From assembly GCA_038108555.1 (NCBI GenBank), contig JAYNIA010000005.1, forward strand, positions 8,956 to 72,955: a stretch of 64,000 bases of DNA, given 5' to 3'. Numbering within the stretch: the first letter of the stretch is position 1; each line of letters starts with the position of its first letter. Shown here piece after piece: positions 1-8,858 of the stretch. Origin of the DNA: Nitrospinota bacterium (GTDB lineage Bacteria > Nitrospinota > Nitrospinia > Nitrospinales > VA-1). Made by a program: the position numbers and the translations under genes. Below the pieces are notes generated by a model. That model made no database searches, was not told the DNA's origin, and saw only the letters and a program-made list of their open reading frames with translations.

Positions 1-40
1 TCTGCTATTTACCATTCAGTCCTGGTTATTTGAAGTGTTG

Positions 41-670
41 TCAAGGATGCCAGCGGCGGGCACTTCGAGTAAATTGGAGCCCCCAATAGACCTGAGCCCC
101 AATAGCAGAAGGAGGGAGGATGTACCAAAGCACACCCCCCAGACTTAACATCAAGACGATGAAGCAAAAATCACTGCGAATCACTCGGGCGTTTAGAACA
201 AAGCGATCCATTTTCGAATCATCTTCCTTCATTGAAGTTTCTTCTTCAGTCAACTGGCTCGAGTGCGGTTTGGTCCTGTTTTGGTATAGTTCGAGACCAT
301 AGTTTATCGTCCCACCAATGCCTGCCAGCAAACCTGACCACCACCAGATCTGTTGACCCGTAACCGAAGTGGCACCCCAGCCCAGACAAATAAAAAATTC
401 AGCATGAACAATCCAATCCACGAAGGTATCGTAGCGCATCCCGAAAATACTTCGCATATCCTTGATCCGGGCTATTTCTCCATCACAATTGTCCAGCACA
501 TAACAAATCAAAAATAAAATCGACCCCGTAAGAATAGCCAGGTAATCACCTCGAAGGCAAACCAACCCTGCCGACAAACCAAAAATCAAACTCAATGTAG
601 TTATTTGATTTGGTGTAATCGGAGTCTCCTTCAAAACCATTGTCACGTGATAAGACAAATGCCTGATCAA
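41..670 (-). CDS. CDP-alcohol phosphatidyltransferase family membrane protein
   Basis: Translation carries the family signature D-x2-DG-x2-AR-x8-G-x3-D-x3-D (DNCDGEIARIKDMRSIFGMRYDTFVD) and several hydrophobic helices. Start uncertain: TTG at 670 or ATG at 640. Confidence 0.75.
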   Translation of the reverse strand: MIRHLSYHVTMVLKETPITPNQITTLSLIFGLSAGLVCLRGDYLAILTGSILFLICYVLDNCDGEIARIKDMRSIFGMRYDTFVDWIVHAEFFICLGWGATSVTGQQIWWWSGLLAGIGGTINYGLELYQNRTKPHSSQLTEEETSMKEDDSKMDRFVLNARVIRSDFCFIVLMLSLGGVLWYILPPSAIGAQVYWGLQFTRSARRWHP

Positions 671-898
671 AGGTTGAATTTTTTTAGGAGGCTCCAGGGG
701 TAACCCTGCCTTGGTTTTAAACGTTGGGTCTGTAGTATTTATGATTTTATTGCCGATTAAAAAGTGGAAGGATTTTGACTAAACACACAATAATTAATAT
801 TGAACACCCTAAACCTTACTGTCGCATTCCTATTTATGCAATAGAATTCAACTTTCTCCCCCTCTACATGGTCATTTTTTACATTTAGCTTCGAGAGT

Positions 899-1378
899 TT
901 AAAAATCCTCTTCAGTTAATACCGCCTCTTCTACCTTTACGAGACACCCTTTTACATCCAGATACACAATTCCCTTATTATTAATTTGATAAGATTTTGA
1001 ACTACCCTGATGCTTTGCCTTAACCAAAAATTGCTGTTCCATTCCATTAACAACAACGATCTGGATTTTCTTTTCTTTGGCACCAAAAAATGTATCAACT
1101 ATCGCCTGTGAGCAAATCTTACCGGGGCCTTGTTTTAGCCAGAATACCTTGCATCCCATATAGACTTTATCCAAAGCCCAAATGGGAGCGGAATCGATGT
1201 CTTTTCGACCTTTTACATTCTGTTCATTCATTACCACCCAGGTGATCCCTATAATTACTAATAGAAATAAAAATCTAATAAACCCGGAGTGATTCTTTTT
1301 CCGTACATGCCGAATCTTTTTCTCAGGCTTTTTTTTAATCCTACGTCTGGTTATATGCTTGACTACATGTTTAGTCAT
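899..1378 (-). CDS. hypothetical membrane-anchored protein (polybasic N-terminus, one TM helix, ~100 aa C-terminal domain)
   Basis: 159 aa ORF. N-terminus RRRIKKKPEKKIRHVRKK is followed by hydrophobic FIRFLFLLVIIGITWVV. No family recognised. Divergent from the radical SAM gene. Confidence 0.45.
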   Translation of the reverse strand: MTKHVVKHITRRRIKKKPEKKIRHVRKKNHSGFIRFLFLLVIIGITWVVMNEQNVKGRKDIDSAPIWALDKVYMGCKVFWLKQGPGKICSQAIVDTFFGAKEKKIQIVVVNGMEQQFLVKAKHQGSSKSYQINNKGIVYLDVKGCLVKVEEAVLTEEDF

Positions 1379-1547
1379 AACGGAATCTCTCTGGCTCCAC
1401 TGGTTTCTTCCATTATATCCGTGCCGATGCTAACTACCCACCTTTCCTTTAGATGCCTATATATATTAGGAACTTTTAAGGGAAGAATTATTCCAAATAC
1501 AATTGATTTTGTTGGGCACACGCACTTGAAATTGCTACAATTAATTC

Positions 1548-3377
1548 ATGCCATTAAGAATTGCACTTGTAAATATGCCCTTTGGGTTCCATATATATCC
1601 CTCAATCCAATTGGGCACCCTTACCACTTTGTTTAAAGCAAAAGGATGTGCGGTAAAGAGCCATTATCTAAACCTTTATTTTGCGCATCAACTAGGGTTG
1701 CCTGTTTACAACCAACTCTGTGAGAAAAGATTCCTGGTGGGAGAGTGGCTTTTTTCGCACATCCTTTTTGGGGATAACCCAAAAAACCTGGACTATCCAA
1801 ATCATTTTGCCCCTCATATAGATGAAATTTGCCAATCCATTGACAGGCCTAAAGAATTTTTATTGGATGTAAAAACCAAAATGGTCCCGGAATTCCTTGA
1901 ATGGTGCCGGGATGCGGGCAAATGGGAAGACTTCGATGTCGTGGGTTTTTCTTCCACCTTCAATCAAAACATTGCCAGTTTGACCCTGGCAAAAATGATC
2001 AAAGAAAAATTTCCACATATTAAAATACTTTTTGGCGGTTCCAATTTTGAATCCGAGATGGGCCTTGAATATTTTCGAGTCTCCCCCTGGGTGGATTACG
2101 TTGTTCCGGGAGAAGCAGAAGATATTTTACCCAACCTGGTCGATTATCTGGAAAAAGGGGGCCCGGTTCCCAAAGGGGTTATTCATCGTTGTGAAGGGAA
2201 AGTCCTTTATGAAGAACCGGAAGCCATGTTCGGGAATTTTACCGAATATAAAGCGCCTGACTATCAGGACTTTTTCGATCAACTCAGGGAAATCGATCCT
2301 GGCTCTTCTCTGTTGGAAAATCCAGTCATTCTATATGAAACCGCAAGAGGTTGCTGGTGGGGAGAAAAGCATCATTGCACATTTTGTGGATTGAACGCCA
2401 ACACGATGAAGTTCAGGGCCAAGCCGATGGAACAGGTTCACACCGATCTGGCTGAACTCTCACAAAAACATGACTCGTTTCGGTTTCGTCTTGTCGACAA
2501 TATTCTGGAAATGAAATACATCGATGGGGTTTTTGGAAATCTGGCAGAAAAAAATTTTGATTTACAGTTTTTCATCGAAGTAAAAAGCAACCTGACCAAG
2601 AAACAAATTAAAACATTGGCTCATGGCGGAGCAAAAGTTATTCAACCGGGAATTGAAAGCTTCAGCACAAATCAACTCCAGGAAATGGATAAAGGAGTTC
2701 GACCGATTCAAAACATCCTCTGCATGAAATGGTCAATGTATTACGGCATCGAAGTCAACTGGAACATTCTCATTGGGTTCCCCGGTGAAACCAACGAAGA
2801 CTATCGACAACAAATCGACTTGATTAAACTTTTGTTCCATCTGCCACCCCCGGAATGTGTGGGAGACCTATGGCTCGAAAGGTTCAGTCCTTACCATATG
2901 CGACCTGAAGATTATGGGGTGACGATCACGGCACCTGGCGAAGCGTATCCCTATGTTTATGACGATCCCAAAATAGATCATATGAAAATCGCCTACGATT
3001 TTGAATTCGAAACTTCAAATCAAATTGATCCTGCACTCAAGCAGGAGTTGTACCAAGTGGCAGCGGAATGGAAAAGGCGGCACCAGTCAGAACAGCTCCC
3101 TTTCCTGATTTTCACCAAGTCTATGGATTTCGTAAAAGTCTATGATGACCGGACCCTGCAATCGACACAGATTCGACTTGAAGGTGCGGCAGCCAGTGCA
3201 TTTGTTTTTTGCAACGAAGCTGCAAAAACCATCGATCAAATTAAAGAACATTTGGCGGAACAGAACATTGAGGGCTCTGCTGAAGAGGCGATTGCTTTCC
3301 TTGAAGGAAAAGGACTTGTATATGGCGAACGTGGCAAATACCTGAACCTCGCTTTACCCCATAATTCAAATTTATAA
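1548..3377 (+). CDS. B12-binding-domain radical SAM protein, RiPP-maturation radical SAM C-methyltransferase-like (TIGR03975-like)
   Basis: 609 aa. N-terminus MPLRIALVNMPFG...PSIQLGTL...GEWLFS and the cluster motif GCWWGEKHHCTFCGLN (Cx7CxxC, nt 2352-2387) match my memory of this family. The size is also typical. Confidence 0.7.
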   Translation: MPLRIALVNMPFGFHIYPSIQLGTLTTLFKAKGCAVKSHYLNLYFAHQLGLPVYNQLCEKRFLVGEWLFSHILFGDNPKNLDYPNHFAPHIDEICQSIDRPKEFLLDVKTKMVPEFLEWCRDAGKWEDFDVVGFSSTFNQNIASLTLAKMIKEKFPHIKILFGGSNFESEMGLEYFRVSPWVDYVVPGEAEDILPNLVDYLEKGGPVPKGVIHRCEGKVLYEEPEAMFGNFTEYKAPDYQDFFDQLREIDPGSSLLENPVILYETARGCWWGEKHHCTFCGLNANTMKFRAKPMEQVHTDLAELSQKHDSFRFRLVDNILEMKYIDGVFGNLAEKNFDLQFFIEVKSNLTKKQIKTLAHGGAKVIQPGIESFSTNQLQEMDKGVRPIQNILCMKWSMYYGIEVNWNILIGFPGETNEDYRQQIDLIKLLFHLPPPECVGDLWLERFSPYHMRPEDYGVTITAPGEAYPYVYDDPKIDHMKIAYDFEFETSNQIDPALKQELYQVAAEWKRRHQSEQLPFLIFTKSMDFVKVYDDRTLQSTQIRLEGAAASAFVFCNEAAKTIDQIKEHLAEQNIEGSAEEAIAFLEGKGLVYGERGKYLNLALPHNSNL

Positions 3378-3385
3378 AAAAGTTC

Positions 3386-3991
3386 ATGGTCGAACGAAGG
3401 ATAAAAGGCGAGCGTAAGCTGCAAAAAAAATACAACACCCGGAAAAGTGCAAATTCGTTTTATCAAACCCAGGTGCTGGATTTTTTAAATAGGGAAATGC
3501 AGGATTTTATTTCAGAGCAGGAAATGGTCTTCCTGTCCACTGCAGATTCAAAGGGGGAATGCGATGCCTCTTTTCGTGCGGGACCAAAAAGTTTCGTAAA
3601 GGTTATAGATGATAAAACACTGATGTTCCCCGAATTTAAAGGAAATGGTGTGATGGCAAGCATGGGGAACATTTTAGAAAATCCACGAATCGGATTGATG
3701 TTTATCGACTTCTATCGCTCTTCCATTGGACTGCACGTAAACGGAAAAGCAGAAATAATTACCGAATTTCAGGCAGGAAAACTGGTCAACCCCATCGATA
3801 AAGCCAAAGCCGAAAAAGAGGGAAAACACAAAACAAAAGTCTGGATTAAGGTGAAAGTGGAAGAAGCCTTTATCCACTGCTCCAAGCATATTCCAAAACT
3901 AAAAAAGCTGGATAAAGTCATCCACTGGGGAACGGACGATGAAAAACTAAAAGGGGGAGACTTTTTTAATACCAACGAGTGCAAACCTTAA
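3386..3991 (+). CDS. pyridoxamine 5'-phosphate oxidase-like (FMN-binding split-barrel) family protein
   Basis: 201 aa. MVFLSTADSKGECDASFRAGP...MFPEFKGNGVMASMGNILENPRIGLMFIDF resembles the PNPOx-like split barrel. Starts 8 nt after the radical SAM stop. Confidence 0.55.
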   Translation: MVERRIKGERKLQKKYNTRKSANSFYQTQVLDFLNREMQDFISEQEMVFLSTADSKGECDASFRAGPKSFVKVIDDKTLMFPEFKGNGVMASMGNILENPRIGLMFIDFYRSSIGLHVNGKAEIITEFQAGKLVNPIDKAKAEKEGKHKTKVWIKVKVEEAFIHCSKHIPKLKKLDKVIHWGTDDEKLKGGDFFNTNECKP

Positions 3992-5601
3992 CCCATTCCC
4001 ACTCCTGCAAAAGGAACACCTGCAAGTTCCGCCATTTCTTTTTTCCACGTCGTCAAATCGTTTAAATTGAACTCATTTAAATGCGTATGGCCACACGCCC
4101 GGTTCAATACTTTCATCAGCTCTACCGAAGCATTAAAAAATTTTGCCAGCCTCGCCGCAGATTCATCGACAAGCAACCTTTTTCTCAAGTTCTCTTTCTG
4201 AGTAGCTATTCCAACAGGACAGTTGTTGGTATGGCAGGCCCGCATGCCGAGGCATCCTATAGCCTGAAGGGCGGAGTTGGAAACCGCAATTGCATCTGCA
4301 CCCAGGGCCATTGCCTTTGCAAAATCTGCGGGGACTCTTAATCCACCGGTGATAATGAGGGAAACATCCTGCCTTCCTGCCTTATCCAGATATTTTCTGG
4401 CGCGGGCGAGTGCAGGAATGGTGGGAACTGAAATATGATCGCGAAAAATCAAGGGGGCTGCACCTGTTCCTCCTCCGCGACCGTCCAGAATGATATAGTT
4501 CACTCCGATTTTCAAAGCCGCTTCAATATCATCTTCAATTTGCTGGGCCGAAAGTTTGTATCCGATAGGAATCCCCCCCGTCTCCTCTTTCACCTGATCC
4601 GCAAAATCTTTTATCTGACTCACATCCGTCCAATCAGGAAAACGGGCGGGGGAAATGGCAGGCTCTCCTTCTTTCAGTCCCCGGACTTCGGTAATTTTTC
4701 CTTTCACCTTGTCTCCCGGCAAATGTCCTCCGGTTCCGGTTTTCGCTCCCTGCCCCCCTTTAAAATGGAAGGCTTGGCATTTTTTCACCTTATCCATGGA
4801 AAAACCAAACCGGCCCGATGCTAACTCATAAAAATATTTTGAATTCGCCTCCTGCTCTTCTGGAAGCATGCCCCCTTCTCCGGAACAAATTCCCGTTCCC
4901 GCGAGCTGCGCCCCTTTCGCAAGCGATAATTTGGCTTCTTCCGAAAGCGCCCCAAAACTCATGTCGGAAACAAACAAAGGGATTTTTAATTTCAGAGGCT
5001 TTTTTGTAGAGGGACCAATAATAGTTTCTGTACCAATTTCAACTTCATCGAGTTGGGGAAACTTTGATATTTGTGCGGTCACAATTTGGATATCATCCCA
5101 TTGGGGCAGTTCATCTCGAGGAACTCCCATTGCCGATGCGGGCCCATGATGTCCCGTCTTTTCCAAACCATCTTTCGCCAGGGATTGAATGAAAGAAACA
5201 TGCGGCTCATTTGAAGTACCTTCGGTATCTGCGTAAAGCCCCAGATATTGATCTCTATTATAAGGTTGGGGGTTATCCTTTTCCCATTCACTGATTTCAA
5301 CCTCATCCACCCAGACTTTTCCCTCTTCAATCCATGTAGTGAATTTGACCAAACGCTCATCATTATCATATTCGCTGATTCCCGTGTCGTAGCGAAAATC
5401 CCAACGGTGAACCCCACAAATAATATTATTCCCTTCAATAAAACCATCCGCTAATAGAGCTCCTCGGTGCAGGCATCTTCCATAAAAAACAGAAACCTGA
5501 TCATCGTATTTAATGACCACAAGGTCCACATTTGCGATCAACGCATAGGCGGGGTCACGATCCGCAAGTTTATCCCAATCGGCAATGGCAACTTTATTCA
5601 T
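3988..5601 (-). CDS. Rieske [2Fe-2S] domain fused to a glutamate-synthase (GltB domain 2) FMN-binding domain
   Basis: 537 aa. Rieske motif CLH-x16-CGVH near the N-terminus. The C-terminal part has LDGRGGGTGAAP, ITGGLR and GADAIAVS, typical of the FMN-binding glutamate synthase family. Confidence 0.8.
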   Translation of the reverse strand: MNKVAIADWDKLADRDPAYALIANVDLVVIKYDDQVSVFYGRCLHRGALLADGFIEGNNIICGVHRWDFRYDTGISEYDNDERLVKFTTWIEEGKVWVDEVEISEWEKDNPQPYNRDQYLGLYADTEGTSNEPHVSFIQSLAKDGLEKTGHHGPASAMGVPRDELPQWDDIQIVTAQISKFPQLDEVEIGTETIIGPSTKKPLKLKIPLFVSDMSFGALSEEAKLSLAKGAQLAGTGICSGEGGMLPEEQEANSKYFYELASGRFGFSMDKVKKCQAFHFKGGQGAKTGTGGHLPGDKVKGKITEVRGLKEGEPAISPARFPDWTDVSQIKDFADQVKEETGGIPIGYKLSAQQIEDDIEAALKIGVNYIILDGRGGGTGAAPLIFRDHISVPTIPALARARKYLDKAGRQDVSLIITGGLRVPADFAKAMALGADAIAVSNSALQAIGCLGMRACHTNNCPVGIATQKENLRKRLLVDESAARLAKFFNASVELMKVLNRACGHTHLNEFNLNDLTTWKKEMAELAGVPFAGVGMG

Positions 5602-5726
5602 GATGAGTATCCAAAAATTTAGTTAGGTTTTATAAAGTAATGACAAAATCAATGTACCTAATCTTTGTAAAAGAAATTTTAAATTCCTTACAAATTATTA
5701 TTTTTCCTCCAGGTGAAAGGAAAAGC

Positions 5727-6284
5727 TCATTTATTAGAGGACGGTTTTTTGAGGGTTTCTTTTTTGGACTTCTTATCTTTGTCTATAGGTTTTTTGGCAA
5801 TACCCCGGCGGTCTTCTTCAGTTCTTCTTTCAGCACTTTTTCTGCGGTTTCCCCAAATCCTTGACTTGTCTTTGAACCTTCTATCCTTTTTCCTTCTTTC
5901 TTTTTTTTCTCTTGTTATTATTTCTTTGCAAGAGTACTCCCGCTCTGACTTCCATTTAATTTGAATATAGGGAGGGAATACGGTTTCTTTATCTATATAG
6001 GATGATTCAATATCGATTGCGGAAAGATTGGTGGCAAAACTCAAATTCGCGCCACGGAGGTTGGCGTCTCTTAAAAAAGCTCCTTGCATATTGGCTTTTC
6101 GCAAGTCGGCACGTTGCAAATCTGCCTCTCTCAAATCTGCTTCGGTAAGATCGGTTTCGCTTAAGTTGGCTTCAACAAGGATTGTGCCTCGAAAATCTGC
6201 AAAGCGAAGATTCTTCCCCTGCATTTCAGCTTTGGTCAGGTCTTGTTTAGAAAATTTCAGATTTCCCGGTTGATCGCTAGACAT
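5727..6284 (-). CDS. pentapeptide-repeat protein with Lys/Arg-rich C-terminal tail
   Basis: Tandem A(D/N)LxX pentapeptides (ANLSETDLTEADLREADLQRADLRKANMQGAFLRDANLRGANL), then PPYIQIKWK and a ~60 aa K/R-rich tail. ATG at 6284 is preceded by GGGAG; the ORF track starts at TTG 6296. Confidence 0.8.
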   Translation of the reverse strand: MSSDQPGNLKFSKQDLTKAEMQGKNLRFADFRGTILVEANLSETDLTEADLREADLQRADLRKANMQGAFLRDANLRGANLSFATNLSAIDIESSYIDKETVFPPYIQIKWKSEREYSCKEIITREKKERRKKDRRFKDKSRIWGNRRKSAERRTEEDRRGIAKKPIDKDKKSKKETLKKPSSNK

Positions 6285-6374
6285 CTTTTCTCCCAATCTG
6301 CCTCATTTAATAAAGAAAGACAATTTTGGCTTAAACTTATTTCACAAGGATAATGTTGTCAAGGTTTCAGGCAC

Positions 6375-7211
6375 CTATAAAAACACTGAAAGGGCGGTGT
6401 AGTATTGATCTTCAATATCCTTTTTCAACAAATCCACAGGTAGTTCTCTATATTCGAGGTTTTTAAGAGTCTCTTTTTTAACGGGATTGGGAATGGTTTC
6501 CCCACTCGACCCCAATTTGAGTTCGTCGACGATACAATCGGCAATGTGAACCACTTGTGTGATCAATGGAAACTCTTTCGATTTTTTGGGCCGATGGTGA
6601 AAATAAACGGGTTCGAATAACGATTGTGGAAGCCCCCAGCCTTTTAACAATCTTCCACCGAACTTGGCATGGCTTGAGCCCAACACCTCCCTCTCCACTT
6701 CAAATAAATTTTCTCTGTTGGTCTTGCATCGCTTGACAATTTCCTCAGCTTTGGAGGGAAACTTCTTATAAATGACCAGACTTCCAATGTCATGCAACAT
6801 TCCAACAAGGTAAAAGCTTTCCAGGTTTCTTTGTCCCTGACGGTCTGCAATAACTTTGGCCGCCACCCCACAGGCAATGGAGTGTTTCCAAAACGAATCC
6901 ATATTAACGATTCGTTTGGGAATATCGCCAAACTTATCGATCACTGAAGTTGCCAGAACCAATTCCGTCAACTGTTTCGTACCAATTATCCGCAGAGCAT
7001 GGCTGATAGTTTCTACTTTCGATTCCAATCCATAAAAAGGACTGTTTACAATTTTCAAAACCCGAGCGGCCAGGGAGGGATCGTGCCCAATGATACCAGA
7101 GAATTCCTTGAATGAACTTCTCGGATCATCCAATGCTTTTTTTAACTTGAGATAAACGTGAGGTGGAGACGCCACCCAGTCTTTTACCGCTTCATCTACA
7201 TCAGCAGACAT
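6375..7211 (-). CDS. HDOD domain signalling protein
   Basis: The HDOD pattern (VLKIVNSPFYGL..., MLHDIGSLV, HH near the end) runs along the whole ORF. ATG at 7211 has an upstream AGGAAAGG; the ORF track starts at TTG 7226. Confidence 0.8.
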   Translation of the reverse strand: MSADVDEAVKDWVASPPHVYLKLKKALDDPRSSFKEFSGIIGHDPSLAARVLKIVNSPFYGLESKVETISHALRIIGTKQLTELVLATSVIDKFGDIPKRIVNMDSFWKHSIACGVAAKVIADRQGQRNLESFYLVGMLHDIGSLVIYKKFPSKAEEIVKRCKTNRENLFEVEREVLGSSHAKFGGRLLKGWGLPQSLFEPVYFHHRPKKSKEFPLITQVVHIADCIVDELKLGSSGETIPNPVKKETLKNLEYRELPVDLLKKDIEDQYYTALSVFL

Positions 7212-7232
7212 AACCTTTCCTATCAAAAACCT

Positions 7233-7571
7233 TTATTTCTTTTCCACTACGATTATGGCACCACGCATGGTGGCATTATGAATTGCACAAAAATAATCAA
7301 TCACACCAGGAGTCTCATCGATTTTCACTTCATATTCTTTAACAAGAAAACTTGCGTTGAACTTGTCATCATGGATTGGCGATTTTCCGCTGGTAACGGT
7401 ATGCAACACCTCTTCTTTATTCACCCACTTTACCGTATCCCCTTTTTTGACTTCTACTACTGCTGGAAAAAATGCTGATTTGAAAATTTCCACTTCAACA
7501 GTTTCTGAATTTGCCGAAATTGCAAAAGGAAAAATAAGAAAAATTTGAAATATAAAGATACGAATACACAT
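7233..7571 (-). CDS. small secreted cupredoxin (type-1 blue copper protein-like)
   Basis: 112 aa. Signal peptide MCIRIFIFQIFLIFPFAISA. Candidate Cu ligands are His in LHTVTSG and C-x2-H-x3-M in YFCAIHNATM. Confidence 0.7.
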   Translation of the reverse strand: MCIRIFIFQIFLIFPFAISANSETVEVEIFKSAFFPAVVEVKKGDTVKWVNKEEVLHTVTSGKSPIHDDKFNASFLVKEYEVKIDETPGVIDYFCAIHNATMRGAIIVVEKK

Positions 7572-7575
7572 ATTT

Positions 7576-8280
7576 TTATTTCACTTTTTCAGGGTCCGCA
7601 GCACAGCGAAAACCTAAATCACCTGCCTTGACTATGGGCTCATACCAAAAACGGGCTGCAGATCTAAGGAAGAAAGGATCATTCTTATAGGACCCTCCTC
7701 GAATAATTAAAAACTGGCCTGCAGGAGGACCCTGTGGGTTAGTATCTGGATCGGTCTTTGCGCTCATTTCATAAAAATCTTCCTGATACCAGTCGGCAAC
7801 CCACTCCCAAACATTCCCATTCATGTCGTGGAACCCCCATGGATTTGACTTTTTTTCTCCAACCGGATGGATATCTCCTGAGGAATTCTCCTTAAACCAC
7901 GCGTAATCACCTTCCATAGTTTCACCCCAGAAATAGGGGGAATTGGTTCCTGCGCGATTGGCATATTCCCATTCAGCTTCGGACGGAAGTCTTCCACCTT
8001 TTTTTCGACAATATTGTTCCGCTTCTATCCATGAAACATTAGAAACGGGAAAGTTCAAACCTTTTTGGGTGGAAGGATTGAACCCCATGACGGAATCAAA
8101 TTCTTTTTGTGTTACTTCAAATTTATCCATATAAAAGGAAGAAACACAAACTTTATGGATGGGCTCCTCAGAAACAAATTCTTCGCTGCCCATTTGAAAA
8201 CAACCCGTTTCCAATAAAATCATCTCTGAGCGGCCCATCATTTCAGAATGAGCCTTTGAACCTGGGTAAATCACTGCCAA
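7576..8280 (-). CDS. formylglycine-generating-enzyme (SUMF1/EgtB/PvdO) family domain protein
   Basis: Family hallmarks RLPSEAEWEYA, GNVWEWVADWY and RGGSY are present. The FGE catalytic Cys pair is not (RGGSYKNDPFFLRSAARF). The N-terminus is probably longer; see the finding for 7576-8340. Confidence 0.8.
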   Translation of the reverse strand: MAVIYPGSKAHSEMMGRSEMILLETGCFQMGSEEFVSEEPIHKVCVSSFYMDKFEVTQKEFDSVMGFNPSTQKGLNFPVSNVSWIEAEQYCRKKGGRLPSEAEWEYANRAGTNSPYFWGETMEGDYAWFKENSSGDIHPVGEKKSNPWGFHDMNGNVWEWVADWYQEDFYEMSAKTDPDTNPQGPPAGQFLIIRGGSYKNDPFFLRSAARFWYEPIVKAGDLGFRCAADPEKVK

Positions 8281-8341
8281 CCCAATAATTACTATTTGGA
8301 TAAGGACTCCTCTGAAAAATTTTTCTTTGAATGAAAAGATA

Positions 8342-8839
8342 TTATCCTCCTCCCAACTCGGGAAAAGCCCATTTTTTTATTACTACTGGCAATTCAGCAG
8401 GGTCTTCATAACCTTCTGCAATCAATTGATTGTTTTCATTGTCTGCAATAATTACCACCTGTCTTCCTCTTTCCATTTCCGGTTCATTTGGGATCAGCAA
8501 AAGATTTTTCGGTATGAAAGGAATACCTGTTTTTTTAACCATGGCTTCTTCTTCAGGGCTAAACTCCATTCCCCCTTCATAGGGAGGCCATTCCGCCGCG
8601 CCCATTTCAGAAAACATCCAGTTCAAAAAATCTTCAGGAGTCCCTTCAGGGTAGCCCGCAATGAAGCTCGATCGTTTTAACTGGCCCTCCGAAGACATGT
8701 ACCTCAAAACATCAATCCCTTTTCTAAGTTCAATATTTTCTGTGGGTGCCGAGCAATTACTCAGATAGAAAAGGGGCAAGACCAAGATAAAACCAATGCC
8801 ATACCAAAAATATAGCTTGTTTATTCTCTCCAGCATCAT
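8342..8839 (-). CDS. hypothetical lipoprotein
   Basis: 165 aa. A hydrophobic N-terminus ends in the lipobox-like FYLSNC. No family recognised. Sits tightly between the TPR and FGE-like genes. Confidence 0.5.
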   Translation of the reverse strand: MMLERINKLYFWYGIGFILVLPLFYLSNCSAPTENIELRKGIDVLRYMSSEGQLKRSSFIAGYPEGTPEDFLNWMFSEMGAAEWPPYEGGMEFSPEEEAMVKKTGIPFIPKNLLLIPNEPEMERGRQVVIIADNENNQLIAEGYEDPAELPVVIKKWAFPELGGG

Positions 8840-8858
8840 AGGAGAAACCTTTCAAAAA

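Noticed and set aside
686-700. CAGGG-GTAA-CCCTG GNRA hairpin upstream of the CDP-alcohol phosphatidyltransferase gene
   Set aside because: It is a single 5 bp stem with no flanking signal and no supporting context, so I could not distinguish it from chance.
1289-1636. 115 aa ORF, or its internal 69 aa Met-initiated part, upstream of and overlapping the radical SAM gene, considered as a possible RiPP precursor
   Set aside because: It overlaps both the 899-1378 gene (antisense) and the first 89 nt of the rSAM gene in another frame. It has no Shine-Dalgarno and no leader/core organisation or Gly-Gly type cleavage motif.
5665-5693. TTGTAA-N17-TTACAA inverted repeat upstream of the Rieske-GltS gene, considered as a possible operator
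   Set aside because: Only the 6 bp arms pair and the interior does not. In DNA this AT-rich, that is expected by chance.
7576-8280. Calling this a genuine copper-dependent formylglycine-generating enzyme working with the adjacent cupredoxin
   Set aside because: The two catalytic/Cu-binding cysteines expected after RGGS are absent from the sequence, and no sulfatase gene is nearby. I kept only the family-level call.
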